Below are positions 10,150-19,458 of a stretch of 64,000 nucleotides of DNA, piece after piece. Positions within the stretch are counted from its first letter, which is position 1; the number at the start of each line of letters is the position of its first letter. Under the pieces are notes generated by a model that saw only the letters and a list, made by a program, of their open reading frames with translations, ran no database searches and was not told the DNA's origin. The translations under genes and the position numbers were made by a program. The stretch is from a virus: positions 64,001-128,000 of IMG/VR virus record IMGVR_UViG_3300042892_003815; one strand, written 5' to 3'.

Positions 10150-10563
10150 ATGAACGAATTAGACCTTTTCTTAACTCATCTTTTTACTAATATTGATAAT
10201 GAAGATATTATCTTATCAAAAAAGATGAAATATGGTTATAGACATTACTACTTAAATGTCAATGTGCAAAAAGAAGAAAAAGAAGACAAAAACTCAATTA
10301 ATAATTCTGGTATTTATTTATCTGGTGGTGGAGACTTTTGTATCACAATTGATAATCGAAACAAATGTATTGATATATTTTCTAATTTTGATAATATTGT
10401 TGTTGAGGATAAAGACTTAGTAGATAAATGGACCGAAATATTTGAACAATATATTCAAACTGGTCTTGAAAAGGAAGTTGGGAATTTAATAAATAATGTA
10501 TTCTCAAACTCAACACAACGGAATTTATTGAGAGATTATAAATTAAAAAAAATTGATATTTAA
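10150..10563 (+). CDS. hypothetical protein with C-terminal RDxKL tag
   Basis: 137 aa; ends LLRDYKLKKIDI. Confidence 0.65.
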   Translation: MNELDLFLTHLFTNIDNEDIILSKKMKYGYRHYYLNVNVQKEEKEDKNSINNSGIYLSGGGDFCITIDNRNKCIDIFSNFDNIVVEDKDLVDKWTEIFEQYIQTGLEKEVGNLINNVFSNSTQRNLLRDYKLKKIDI

Positions 10564-11059
10564 TATGAACTTATTTAGTCAAGAAGAAATAGATAGAATT
10601 ACTAAAGCTAAAGAAACTAACGATAAGTTGGAAGAGTACTTTAATGATAAAAGATCAGAGTGGAGTAAAAATGTTGACCCACTTTTTAAATCACTATCAT
10701 TAGATTTAGTAAATCCTACAAATTCCAAAGTAATATTAGATACACAAGCTATTGCACTTTCATATAGACAAATGTTGAATGAACAAATAAACTTCTTTTT
10801 AAATAAACGAAGTAGAGAAATGACTAAAATTAAAAAACTCAAACAAGATAAGTTTGTTTTTTATGCGACAGGATTTGGAATAAAAACAAATATGGGAGAG
10901 AAGGGTATTTTAATTGATGGACATTTAGCAGAAAATGATAGAGCAATGGAAATTATAGAAGCTTATATTTCTTATATGAGAGATACTGTTAAAAATCTTG
11001 AATCATTAGGATTTGCAGTTAAGAATATGATTGAGTTGATGAATTATTTAGGAAAATAA
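10553..11059 (+). CDS. UvsY-like recombination mediator
   Basis: Helical protein ending ...YISYMRDTVKNLESLGFAVKNMIELMNYLG, resembling the UvsY C-terminal F.IKNAIEW.KF..G pattern. Confidence 0.5.
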   Translation: MIFNMNLFSQEEIDRITKAKETNDKLEEYFNDKRSEWSKNVDPLFKSLSLDLVNPTNSKVILDTQAIALSYRQMLNEQINFFLNKRSREMTKIKKLKQDKFVFYATGFGIKTNMGEKGILIDGHLAENDRAMEIIEAYISYMRDTVKNLESLGFAVKNMIELMNYLGK

Positions 11060-11088
11060 AAAAAAGAGACATTAAGTCTCTTTTTTTT
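11058..11088. terminator. bidirectional terminator between convergent genes
   Basis: A8-GAGAC-ATTAA-GTCTC-T8. Confidence 0.85.
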
Positions 11089-12163
11089 ATTTATCACGCT
11101 CTCTTCCCTTTTCAACGTCTATTTCAATACCTGCTTGTTTTAAAACCATTACACCTTCAGAACAACCATAACATAGATTTTTATTCTTTGATTTACCTTC
11201 ACAGTCATCACATCTTTCACGATCACCATCGGTATCCCATAATCTATAACATTTCCAAGAAGGAACATTAGAAAGTTCATCTTTATCTTTATTTAAACAA
11301 AATAATGTATCCATATAAGGATATTTGGAATGTTTACCATCTACCTTAACAGATATTTCTCCAAATACTTCTTTACCATTATACTTAAACTTTACTGCAG
11401 GTGTATCACCACAAGCCATACTCTGTTTGTATAACCATCCATTTTTATCTGCATATTGTGTAAATTTATTTACTTCATAATCACGATTTGTATAAACTCT
11501 ATCCATAAAATATTCTGCATCACAAGGAGATTTATCTAGTTTCCAAACTAATGCTCTACCACATATTTTACCATCTTCAAGAAGAACTAGTAATCTAACT
11601 TTCTTCTCATTTTTAGTGTATATTTTAAGAAATGATGGATGTCCAGTCATGCAAGAACTACCAAGAGTTCCAGAACTTGTATCAGAGTAGTTTTTTTCAG
11701 TATAACCTGATTTTATTTCATCACCAACATAAAATCTAAAATCATCTTCTCCTTCATCGGCAATTGATTTATAAACATTTACAAAGTCTTCTATTTGTTT
11801 ATCAGTGATTTTAATGTCATATAAATCTTTTGCTATGTATTTTATGGCTCTACCAACTTTAACATCAGTTCTTCCAGGCATATTATAAGGATCTTTAACC
11901 TCATCTTTTATTCTATTTGTTTGGATAAAAGAAACTTTGTCTTTATCATCAGTTGTTTTAAAGAAATCTTGTTTTAAATCTATCTCAGAAACCCAGTCTT
12001 TATCATTAATTCTTGATAAAATCATATCTGCAATTGTAGATGAAGTATTCGACTGTCTTGATATTTTATATAATTTAGATAAGAAACTTGTATCTGCACT
12101 TAAAAATGCTTCTAATATAAGTGTTGATTCATTTATTAAAAATTGGTTATACTTACTAATCAT
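11087..12163 (-). CDS. phage protein with SCM/GRALVW/DRVY motifs and capsid-targeting-like leader
   Basis: MISKYNQFLINE leader; LGSSCM, GRALVW, FMDRVY, YPYMDT; C-terminal CxxC...CxxC. Confidence 0.6.
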   Translation of the reverse strand: MISKYNQFLINESTLILEAFLSADTSFLSKLYKISRQSNTSSTIADMILSRINDKDWVSEIDLKQDFFKTTDDKDKVSFIQTNRIKDEVKDPYNMPGRTDVKVGRAIKYIAKDLYDIKITDKQIEDFVNVYKSIADEGEDDFRFYVGDEIKSGYTEKNYSDTSSGTLGSSCMTGHPSFLKIYTKNEKKVRLLVLLEDGKICGRALVWKLDKSPCDAEYFMDRVYTNRDYEVNKFTQYADKNGWLYKQSMACGDTPAVKFKYNGKEVFGEISVKVDGKHSKYPYMDTLFCLNKDKDELSNVPSWKCYRLWDTDGDRERCDDCEGKSKNKNLCYGCSEGVMVLKQAGIEIDVEKGRERDK

Positions 12164-12178
12164 TATATTATTATAAAT

Positions 12179-12226
12179 TTACCTTTTAGACACATTGAAA
12201 GTTTTGAAGCTTTTAATATTTTTCAT
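12179..12226 (-). CDS. 15-aa micro-ORF consisting only of the leader motif (MKNIKSFKTFNVSKR)
   Basis: Manual translation; ATG lies 4 nt after TAATATATA (12231-12239); stop is 15 nt before the ATG of the 358-aa gene. Confidence 0.5.
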   Translation of the reverse strand: MKNIKSFKTFNVSKR

Positions 12227-12242
12227 AAACTATATATTAAAT

Positions 12243-12274
12243 AAAAAACCCATCTTTTTTAAAAAAGATGGGTT
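12243..12274. terminator. intrinsic terminator
   Basis: AACCCATCTTTTT/AAAAAGATGGGTT inverted repeat downstream of the M42 gene. Confidence 0.75.
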
Positions 12275-12278
12275 GTTT

Positions 12279-13349
12279 TTAAGAATTGTATTTAAAATTA
12301 TGATTCTCTTCAATATTTAGAAGAGTTTCATAAATCAACTCTATAACATTTTTAATATCATTCTTATGAACAGTCTCTGTCGTTGTGTGCATATATTTCA
12401 ATGGCAGTGAAATAAGTGCCGAAGGAGTACCACCATTTGCATAAGCAAACGCATCGGTATCTGTTCCAGTTGATCTCGAAGATGCTGCTAACTGGTGAGG
12501 GATTTTTTTAGCCGTTGCTGTATCTAAAATCAATTGTCTTAATTTATTATGAACTGCAGGACCTCTTGTAATAACACCTCCATCACCAGCAATGTGATCC
12601 CCTTGTTTACTTGCGGTATAACAAGGTGATGATGTTTCATGACAAACATCAGTTACAATAGCAACATTTGGTTTAATAGTGTGTGCAATCATTTCAGCAC
12701 CACGTAATCCAATTTCTTCTTGAACAGAATTAACAATGTAAAGTTTAAATGGTAGTTTTCTACCTTTCTCTTTTAATTTTCTCGCAACCTCGGCAATCAT
12801 AAAACCACCAATTCTGTTGTCAAGAGCTCTACCAGAGTAGTAATCGTTACCAAGTTTCATCAACTCATCTTTAAAAGTAACTACTGTACCAACTTTAATA
12901 CCCATTTTAGCAACATCTTCTTTTGAAGAAGCTCCAATATCGATAAAAATTGAGTTTAAATCAACCTCTTTCTTTCTATCAGAGATATGTATCGCTGGAT
13001 GTCCAAAAACACCTGTAACGGCACCTTTTTCTCCCCATAGATTTACTCTCATAGAAGGAGCAATTTGTACGTCAGAGCCACCATTTCTGATAACTCTAAT
13101 ATATCCTTTTGAGTCAATATAGTTTACAAACCAACTGATTTCATCAGAGTGTGCTTCGATAACAACTTTAAAGTCAGACTCTAAATTACCGGTAACACCA
13201 TAGGCAGTACCATAATTATCAAGTTCTACTGAATCAACATATTTCGCAATATTGTCCATCCAAACTTTTTGTCCACCTAATTCATACTCAAAACCTGTTG
13301 GAGAAGTACTATTTAAGTACTCTTTTAAAAACTTTTTGTTTAATTTCAT
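12279..13349 (-). CDS. M42 family metalloaminopeptidase
   Basis: EAHSDEI, ALDNRIG, VQEEIG, VTDV, YMHT motifs; start reassigned to MKLNKKF (13349). Confidence 0.9.
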   Translation of the reverse strand: MKLNKKFLKEYLNSTSPTGFEYELGGQKVWMDNIAKYVDSVELDNYGTAYGVTGNLESDFKVVIEAHSDEISWFVNYIDSKGYIRVIRNGGSDVQIAPSMRVNLWGEKGAVTGVFGHPAIHISDRKKEVDLNSIFIDIGASSKEDVAKMGIKVGTVVTFKDELMKLGNDYYSGRALDNRIGGFMIAEVARKLKEKGRKLPFKLYIVNSVQEEIGLRGAEMIAHTIKPNVAIVTDVCHETSSPCYTASKQGDHIAGDGGVITRGPAVHNKLRQLILDTATAKKIPHQLAASSRSTGTDTDAFAYANGGTPSALISLPLKYMHTTTETVHKNDIKNVIELIYETLLNIEENHNFKYNS

Positions 13350-13431
13350 TTTAGATATTTTTAATGTTCTTATATTATACATGAAAATATAATTTAGTTT
13401 AAACAAAGTTATCAACTTTGATATAATCATT

Positions 13432-13758
13432 ATGAAATTTAGACTAATTAAAGATTTAATATTAAATACCGGGTTTGAAGAAGAAGTTATTCTTGAAAAA
13501 GGTGATGTTGTAGAACCTAGTAGTGAAGGAGATTATTTATTTCCTAAATTAAATAGAAGATATTCCAAAGATGAATTACTTTCAAAATCTGAGATATTTG
13601 AAAAATTACCAGAATTAAAATTGGATGTAAGAGAAATTACAGAAGATGACGAAAATAAAATAGGTAATTGGAGAATACAACTTGATATAAAAACATCCAG
13701 AAAAAAATTAAAAGAAATAGAGAAGTTTATAAGAGAAAATGTAAATGAAATGCTTTAA
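13432..13758 (+). CDS. hypothetical protein
   Basis: 108 aa; preceded by AAAC-N15-GATATAA (13401-13426). Confidence 0.7.
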   Translation: MKFRLIKDLILNTGFEEEVILEKGDVVEPSSEGDYLFPKLNRRYSKDELLSKSEIFEKLPELKLDVREITEDDENKIGNWRIQLDIKTSRKKLKEIEKFIRENVNEML

Positions 13759-14025
13759 CTATTTGAAGAATCCAAATCTTCTCATTCTAGTTTTATCAGA
13801 CATTTTCTTATACTCATCGATTATATAAGACTTTAACTCATCATCTAATTCAACACCAATCTCAAATGCTCTCTCATAGTCATCTTCACTTGAAAATAGA
13901 ACATCACCATCTATTACTTTAAATGAGAAGTCTTCACCATTGATAGTAACTTCAAGGTCATTACCGTGTACATCTAACGGTTCAATTTCAAAATTAAACT
14001 CTTCAAATAAATTTAAGTATTTCAT
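13759..14025 (-). CDS. hypothetical protein with capsid-targeting-like leader
   Basis: MKYLNLFEE. Confidence 0.7.
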   Translation of the reverse strand: MKYLNLFEEFNFEIEPLDVHGNDLEVTINGEDFSFKVIDGDVLFSSEDDYERAFEIGVELDDELKSYIIDEYKKMSDKTRMRRFGFFK

Positions 14026-14996
14026 TATTCTTCTGTTTTCAATAGGTCTTCTAAGTATAAGTAGATATATTTATTATATCTTTTTAAGATGAATGGATCA
14101 ACATTTCTTTTAATATCACCATATAATCTAAATCTACCTAAATTTTGAGTAAGTTTATCTATTCCTTCCCTAGGAGTTGTGATTGTTGGAAACATTGTAA
14201 CTATTTCTTTAGCAACTGAGAAGGCAAATGCCATAACTTCATCTTTATTAGAGAAATATTTCTTCGGATCTTTTGGTTCTGGTAATGCCATATCTATATT
14301 AGGTCTTCTAGAATGTTGTCCAATATGTATTTGTTCGTGTTTAAGTATATCACCAAGTGGAACTTGATCAAAGAAGTCTTTTGGTATAAATGGCATTGGT
14401 AAGTTTAAAACAACTCTAGGTTTTTTAGTAACTGGATTCACTAAGGCAAAAAACTGGGCAGATCTTGGTGGTGCGGTTGCTTTATCTCTTTCAGGTAAAT
14501 CATTTAAGAAAGTATTATAATCAACAATCTCTATGTCATACTCTGTACCAAGTGAAGTCAATTCTGACATTTGGAATCTATGGTGTCTAGGATATGTATT
14601 TATTTCTCCCATTAAACCATCTATGTAATCATTTTTATAATCAACAATTGCCTCATTTACTTTACTTTCTGATATACCTAATATAGAGTGAATATCTTTT
14701 TCAATCATTTCAACTCCTGCTTCCATTGATTCTACTTGTTCTTCATAGTCAAGTACATCATTGGCAATTTTAGTAACTTTCATATCATCAATGTCAAATT
14801 CATATCTAACATTCATACCATTTGCAGAAAAATTTATAAACAACTCATGGTCATCTTTATTCTCCCACTCATATATAAGTGTATCACTATTTTCAGTGTT
14901 ATCAAGTAAATCTTTGATTTCTTGCATTCTCATGTCTAAATAACTATCTGGGTTAGTGACATTTTCTCTAATAAATTGGTTCCAGTTTTTAATCAT
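14025..14996 (-). CDS. putative zincin-like metalloprotease with capsid-targeting-like leader
   Basis: MIKNWNQFIRE leader; LKHEQIH (HExxH) followed by Y..NKDEVMAFA (candidate third ligand E). Confidence 0.55.
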   Translation of the reverse strand: MIKNWNQFIRENVTNPDSYLDMRMQEIKDLLDNTENSDTLIYEWENKDDHELFINFSANGMNVRYEFDIDDMKVTKIANDVLDYEEQVESMEAGVEMIEKDIHSILGISESKVNEAIVDYKNDYIDGLMGEINTYPRHHRFQMSELTSLGTEYDIEIVDYNTFLNDLPERDKATAPPRSAQFFALVNPVTKKPRVVLNLPMPFIPKDFFDQVPLGDILKHEQIHIGQHSRRPNIDMALPEPKDPKKYFSNKDEVMAFAFSVAKEIVTMFPTITTPREGIDKLTQNLGRFRLYGDIKRNVDPFILKRYNKYIYLYLEDLLKTEE

Positions 14997-15379
14997 TTTA
15001 ATTGTTCTTTTGTTAGTGTGTATATTCTAGATTCTTTACTACCCATCTCAATAGTAATATCCGTTTTTGTTGCAATTTTATTCCACACTGGATGGTCTTC
15101 TGATGATGGTAAATATATCTTACTCAATTTGAACTCATCAAATATTTTATTTAGAAATAACTTACCAACTCCTGAATTACTGGGTGTTGTATCAATTCCA
15201 AATAAAAGTAACTCATCATCATTCATTTTAAAAGGAATATTAATAGTTGATTTGTTATCTATCAATAATGCCCTACCTTTTCCTAAATCACATTTAAACT
15301 CACAATTGATTCCATATGTTCCTTTAAAAAATTTAAAATCATTAGATTCAAATAATTTATAACTATCCAAGTATTTCAT
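14993..15379 (-). CDS. GNAT-like protein with capsid-targeting-like leader
   Basis: MKYLDSYKLFES leader; LLLFGIDT...SNSGVGKLFLNKI resembles acetyl-CoA binding motif A. Confidence 0.45.
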   Translation of the reverse strand: MKYLDSYKLFESNDFKFFKGTYGINCEFKCDLGKGRALLIDNKSTINIPFKMNDDELLLFGIDTTPSNSGVGKLFLNKIFDEFKLSKIYLPSSEDHPVWNKIATKTDITIEMGSKESRIYTLTKEQLK

Positions 15380-15401
15380 TGATTATATATTAAATTCTAT
15401 T

Positions 15402-15428
15402 AAACAAAAAATCAATTTTTTCATATAA
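15402..15428 (+). promoter_or_regulatory. putative middle-type promoter AAAC-N16-CATATAA
   Basis: Upstream of the clamp/infC operon; same spacing as 10076-10102. Confidence 0.45.
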
Positions 15429-15449
15429 TCTCTAATAATTAAATTAAAT

Positions 15450-16232
15450 ATGGCAGGAAAAGTAAAGTTAAAAGTAGTACCAAGTATGTTTAGTGACTTC
15501 GTGGAGAAGTTAAATACTGTAGCATCCATTGATGACACCGTTAAATTAAAGATAGATAGTGAAAATATTCTAATGTATGCAATGTTAGGCGGTGGTAATG
15601 TTATTTTGGCATTCAAAAACTTCTTACTACCTACAAAAGAATACTTTGATAATGATATGGATGACTTTTCATTAGATATTATTATACCATCTGCTAAAAA
15701 GTTTGTCAAAAACTTAGCATTCATAAAAGATATGGATAAAATCGGATTTGATGTTTCTTATAAAGAATCTTCAGATGATGATTCACTATATATAGCAAGA
15801 GGTCTTCAAATATCTTCTGGTAAATTTAAAGTAAATTGGTTAGGTGGAGAAGGCGGAACAATAAGAGACATTGGTAAAGCGGCATTAGCGACTAGATTAG
15901 ATGTCAGAAATAAAAAATGGACTTTTAATGTTCCTAATAGTGATTTCTTAGATATTAAGAAACTATCTAGTATAAATGGTGAGAGAATCATAAATATGGA
16001 TGTTGTTAAAGGTGTTGTTACTTTATCAGAGAAATCTTCTTGGGAATTAGAAGTTGATAATCTAAACGATGATAGAGTCGCTAGTTTGATTTTAAATAAA
16101 AGATTTTTAAGTTGTATAAATGATAAGATGGATTCAATAGAATTTATTATCTTTGATAACTTTATGTTGATAAAAGATGAGAACTCAAATTTGATGTTGA
16201 GCTTCGAGCAAGATTTTAGTGATGACGAGTAA
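15450..16232 (+). CDS. putative DNA polymerase sliding clamp (gp45/PCNA-like)
   Basis: 260 aa with two repeats of a helix-plus-beta-strand clamp-like pattern; replication-gene context. Confidence 0.5.
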   Translation: MAGKVKLKVVPSMFSDFVEKLNTVASIDDTVKLKIDSENILMYAMLGGGNVILAFKNFLLPTKEYFDNDMDDFSLDIIIPSAKKFVKNLAFIKDMDKIGFDVSYKESSDDDSLYIARGLQISSGKFKVNWLGGEGGTIRDIGKAALATRLDVRNKKWTFNVPNSDFLDIKKLSSINGERIINMDVVKGVVTLSEKSSWELEVDNLNDDRVASLILNKRFLSCINDKMDSIEFIIFDNFMLIKDENSNLMLSFEQDFSDDE

Positions 16233-16401
16233 TAAAATAAGTTGGAGTGTAAATGAAAATAATCAAAGATTTACATTTAAAATACCACTTAAAGAGTTTG
16301 AAAGAAAAAATAAATGGTGGGAAGTCTGGAAAAAGAATGATTTTAATAATAAATATATAAATAGACAAATAAAAATAATAAAGATATTCAACATTGAATA
16401 A
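16219..16401 (+). CDS. small hypothetical protein
   Basis: 60 aa bridging the clamp and infC; ends RQIKIIKIF. Confidence 0.5.
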   Translation: MMTSNKISWSVNENNQRFTFKIPLKEFERKNKWWEVWKKNDFNNKYINRQIKIIKIFNIE

Positions 16402-16927
16402 AAAACAACCAAATAATAAAAGAAAACATAAAATAAATGACGATATTAAGTCATTTGAAGTTAGACTAATCGTTACCGGTGCGGCACCAGAAATAATCAG
16501 AACTAAAGACGCACTTCGTCTTGCAGATGAAGAAGGAAAAGATCTTATTTTAATAAATGAGAATCAAGATCCACCTATTGCCAAAATTGAAGATTATGGT
16601 AAGTATCTGTATAACATTGAGAAAATGTTAAAAGAACAAAAGAGAAACTCAATTAAGTCAGAATTAAAAGAAATAAAACTTTCTTGTAATATTTCAGATC
16701 ATGATTTAGAAATTAAAGCCAGAAAAGGTAAAGAGTTTCTTTTAGATAATGATAAAGTAAAATGTGTTATTCAATTAAAAGGAAGACAAAAAGGTAATCC
16801 AGATAGAGGACAATTAGTAATGTTAAAATTTGCTACAATGCTTGATGAATTTGGAATTGCAGAAAATGTACCAAAACTTGAATCCAGTAAATGGCTTATG
16901 ATATTAAAACCAAAAAAGAAGAACTAA
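16394..16927 (+). CDS. infC: translation initiation factor IF-3
   Basis: IND.IK..EVRLI, DALRLADEEGKDLILI, PPIAKIEDYGKYLY, KEIKLS.NISDHDL..K, DKVK..IQLKGR; TTG start. Confidence 0.95.
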   Translation: MNKKQPNNKRKHKINDDIKSFEVRLIVTGAAPEIIRTKDALRLADEEGKDLILINENQDPPIAKIEDYGKYLYNIEKMLKEQKRNSIKSELKEIKLSCNISDHDLEIKARKGKEFLLDNDKVKCVIQLKGRQKGNPDRGQLVMLKFATMLDEFGIAENVPKLESSKWLMILKPKKKN

Positions 16928-16941
16928 TGTTCTTCTTTTTT
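16912..16941. terminator. intrinsic terminator
   Basis: AAAAAAGAAGAAC-TAAT-GTTCTTCTTTTTT. Confidence 0.75.
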
Positions 16942-16993
16942 ATTATATAACTTTTTTATCTAAAACTTTTTTCACATGAATTATATAATTTCT

Positions 16994-18406
16994 ATGACAA
17001 AAGAAGAGAAGAAACAAAAAATAGAAGAACTGAAAATACAAGCAGTACAATTAAAAAAAGATGTTGAATACTATAATGCAATGCAGACCGCACTAAAATT
17101 GGTATTAAACGGATCCTACGGTGCTTTTGCAACTGCTTACTTCATATTATATAATAATCACGTAGCAGGTACAATCACAGCACAAGGTCGTGACCTTACC
17201 AAAACAATGGATAGAGTGAATGAAGACTATTGGTATAACCAATGGCATCTTGACTTTGAAGTACATGATAAAGTAGGAATAACTAATGTTACCCAAATTG
17301 ATAAAAATGAACCTGTAAGTATTTACGCTGATACCGATTCATTATTTGTATCATTTAAACCAGCAATTGACCATTGTACCTGGGAAAATCTAATTTTAAA
17401 AGATATTGACTCTATAGATAAAAAGTTTATCGTCCTTTCAAAAGATAAGATAAAATATAATAATACAAATTGTGTTGCTATTGTTCATTCAGTTGATGAG
17501 TTAAAGGATACAATTTGTAATGCGTATGACTTATTAGTATTTGATGGACACTTTATTAAAGATAGAAATCTTAGTAAGTTGATAAGTGATGGTGTTTTCA
17601 CATCTGAAATTAAATGGAACTGGACAAGTGAATTGGATTTAATTCAAGGTTTAGATCATTTTAGATATGGTGGATACTTCAAAATGTGTTTAGAGAATTA
17701 CGCAGCATCATTTGGTGTAGAGAATAAAGAAGATTTTGAGTTAGAAAAGATTTCTGAATCAATTATCAACATTGCTAAAAAGAAATATATTCAGCATATT
17801 GTACATGAGGATGGGATTGACTTTGATCCGATGAGTTATATATTCCCTAAGGGAGTTGAACTTGTAAGATCATCAACACCTTTATTTGCTCGAGATAAGA
17901 TTGTCGATATTGTAAGATATTTATTTTCTAATCCAGATACATTCAACATTAAAGAATTATTAAAATTAGTTAAAAATTTAAGAAAAGAATTTGAATTAGC
18001 GGATATTGATGATATAGCAATGCAATCTTCTTGTTCTAACTATGATGCTAAGATTATTGATGATAAGACTTTACCTCTAAGATATGTAAATGGTGCTCAC
18101 TTCGCAGTAAAGGCCGCTGCTTATCATAATTACTTATTAAATTTAGATAGAGCTGCACAACAAAAATATGAATTTATTAAATCTGGTACAAAGATTAAGT
18201 ATTATGTTTGTAAGGATAAAACTGTAAATGATCAGTTTGCTTATATGAGAGGTTCATATCCTCATGAGTTCGCTCCAGCGATAGATTATGATGAACAGTT
18301 CGCTAAAGCTATACTTTCTCCAATCAATTCAATTATTGAACCATTAGGTTTGCCTGAAATAACTAAAAGATTGTCGGTCGTAATGGACATCTTCGGTGGT
18401 TTCTAA
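16994..18406 (+). CDS. family B DNA polymerase, C-terminal subunit (gp43B-like)
   Basis: ALKLVLNGSYGAF (region III), YADTDSLF (motif C), KKKY, KGVELVRSSTP; lacks exonuclease and motif A; start set at MTKEE, downstream of the promoter-like element. Confidence 0.9.
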   Translation: MTKEEKKQKIEELKIQAVQLKKDVEYYNAMQTALKLVLNGSYGAFATAYFILYNNHVAGTITAQGRDLTKTMDRVNEDYWYNQWHLDFEVHDKVGITNVTQIDKNEPVSIYADTDSLFVSFKPAIDHCTWENLILKDIDSIDKKFIVLSKDKIKYNNTNCVAIVHSVDELKDTICNAYDLLVFDGHFIKDRNLSKLISDGVFTSEIKWNWTSELDLIQGLDHFRYGGYFKMCLENYAASFGVENKEDFELEKISESIINIAKKKYIQHIVHEDGIDFDPMSYIFPKGVELVRSSTPLFARDKIVDIVRYLFSNPDTFNIKELLKLVKNLRKEFELADIDDIAMQSSCSNYDAKIIDDKTLPLRYVNGAHFAVKAAAYHNYLLNLDRAAQQKYEFIKSGTKIKYYVCKDKTVNDQFAYMRGSYPHEFAPAIDYDEQFAKAILSPINSIIEPLGLPEITKRLSVVMDIFGGF

Positions 18407-18407
18407 T

Positions 18408-18442
18408 AAAAAAATCCTCTCAATTTGAGAGGATTTTTTTTT
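18408..18442. terminator. bidirectional terminator
   Basis: AAAAAAATCCTCTCA-ATT-TGAGAGGATTTTTTT. Confidence 0.85.
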
Positions 18443-19169
18443 ATGTTTTTGCTACGACTTTATCTTCTTGGAATGTAAAGAAGTTTCCTTCTATTACAAC
18501 ATCTTTACCTTTTACAATTATAAATGATTGGCCTTTATAAACGATTAGGTAGTCTGTATTCAACGATAATGATCCTTGTGAGTGAACTTTAACCTTTCTT
18601 GTTGATTCGCTAATAACAGCTCTATCATAAGGTTTAACTTGAATAGTTACTTCTTTACCTAACCAAATAAATTTTCCATCGATTCCAGAAATATCTTCTT
18701 CAACTGTTGGTGGAATAAAATTTACTGATATTCCTTTCTTTTCTTGTAAAGATTGTTTAAAAAATCTTAGAGAATTTTGTTCCCCTACATTTCCTCTTCT
18801 GGAAGTACTTATTAAGACAGGTAAAGTGATACGTTTAAAATATTTACCTTTCCAGTGATATACATCACTCATACTATTAGTCATAAAATGATAAAATGCT
18901 TCTTCTGTTCTAATAAAGTTTTCTCTAATAATTGCTTTAAATACGGTATAGTTATTTACCATTTTACTGATATACTCACTACTTATAATTTGTCCTTCGA
19001 TGTTCAAATCTTCATTTACACCATACTTAAACCCAAATGGTCCATATACTTCTTCAATATACTTTTTGATTTTGCCATTTAACCAATCTATTGAGTTAAA
19101 TTTACCATACTTCTGTGTTTTAATATTTCCTAATTTTAAAGAACTTTCGTTTAGTTTGATCCATTTCAT
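18441..19169 (-). CDS. putative PD-(D/E)xK nuclease with capsid-targeting-like leader
   Basis: MKWIKLNES leader; E...EEDISGIDGK...TIQVK pattern. Confidence 0.5.
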   Translation of the reverse strand: MKWIKLNESSLKLGNIKTQKYGKFNSIDWLNGKIKKYIEEVYGPFGFKYGVNEDLNIEGQIISSEYISKMVNNYTVFKAIIRENFIRTEEAFYHFMTNSMSDVYHWKGKYFKRITLPVLISTSRRGNVGEQNSLRFFKQSLQEKKGISVNFIPPTVEEDISGIDGKFIWLGKEVTIQVKPYDRAVISESTRKVKVHSQGSLSLNTDYLIVYKGQSFIIVKGKDVVIEGNFFTFQEDKVVAKT

Positions 19170-19200
19170 AATGTATATATAAAAAAAGAATATATAAAAT

Positions 19201-19404
19201 ATGAAAGAAGATGAAATATATCCGTTTTATTTAAAACACTTAGATAATAGACTTACTGAAGGTAAACTAAGTAGAGGTTCATTCTGTTTACTAAGAATGA
19301 GTGAAAGTGCTTTTAATGACTTCAAATATAGATTTGAAAATGATAAAAACTTTTCAGTACAATTTATAAGAGATAAAAGAATAGATGACTTATTTGATGA
19401 CTAA
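19201..19404 (+). CDS. small hypothetical protein with C-terminal RDKRIDDLF tag
   Basis: 67 aa. Confidence 0.65.
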   Translation: MKEDEIYPFYLKHLDNRLTEGKLSRGSFCLLRMSESAFNDFKYRFENDKNFSVQFIRDKRIDDLFDD

Positions 19405-19458
19405 AATATAAATTCATAAATAAAACATTAGGGATCTTAAAAGGAAATATATAGTTAT

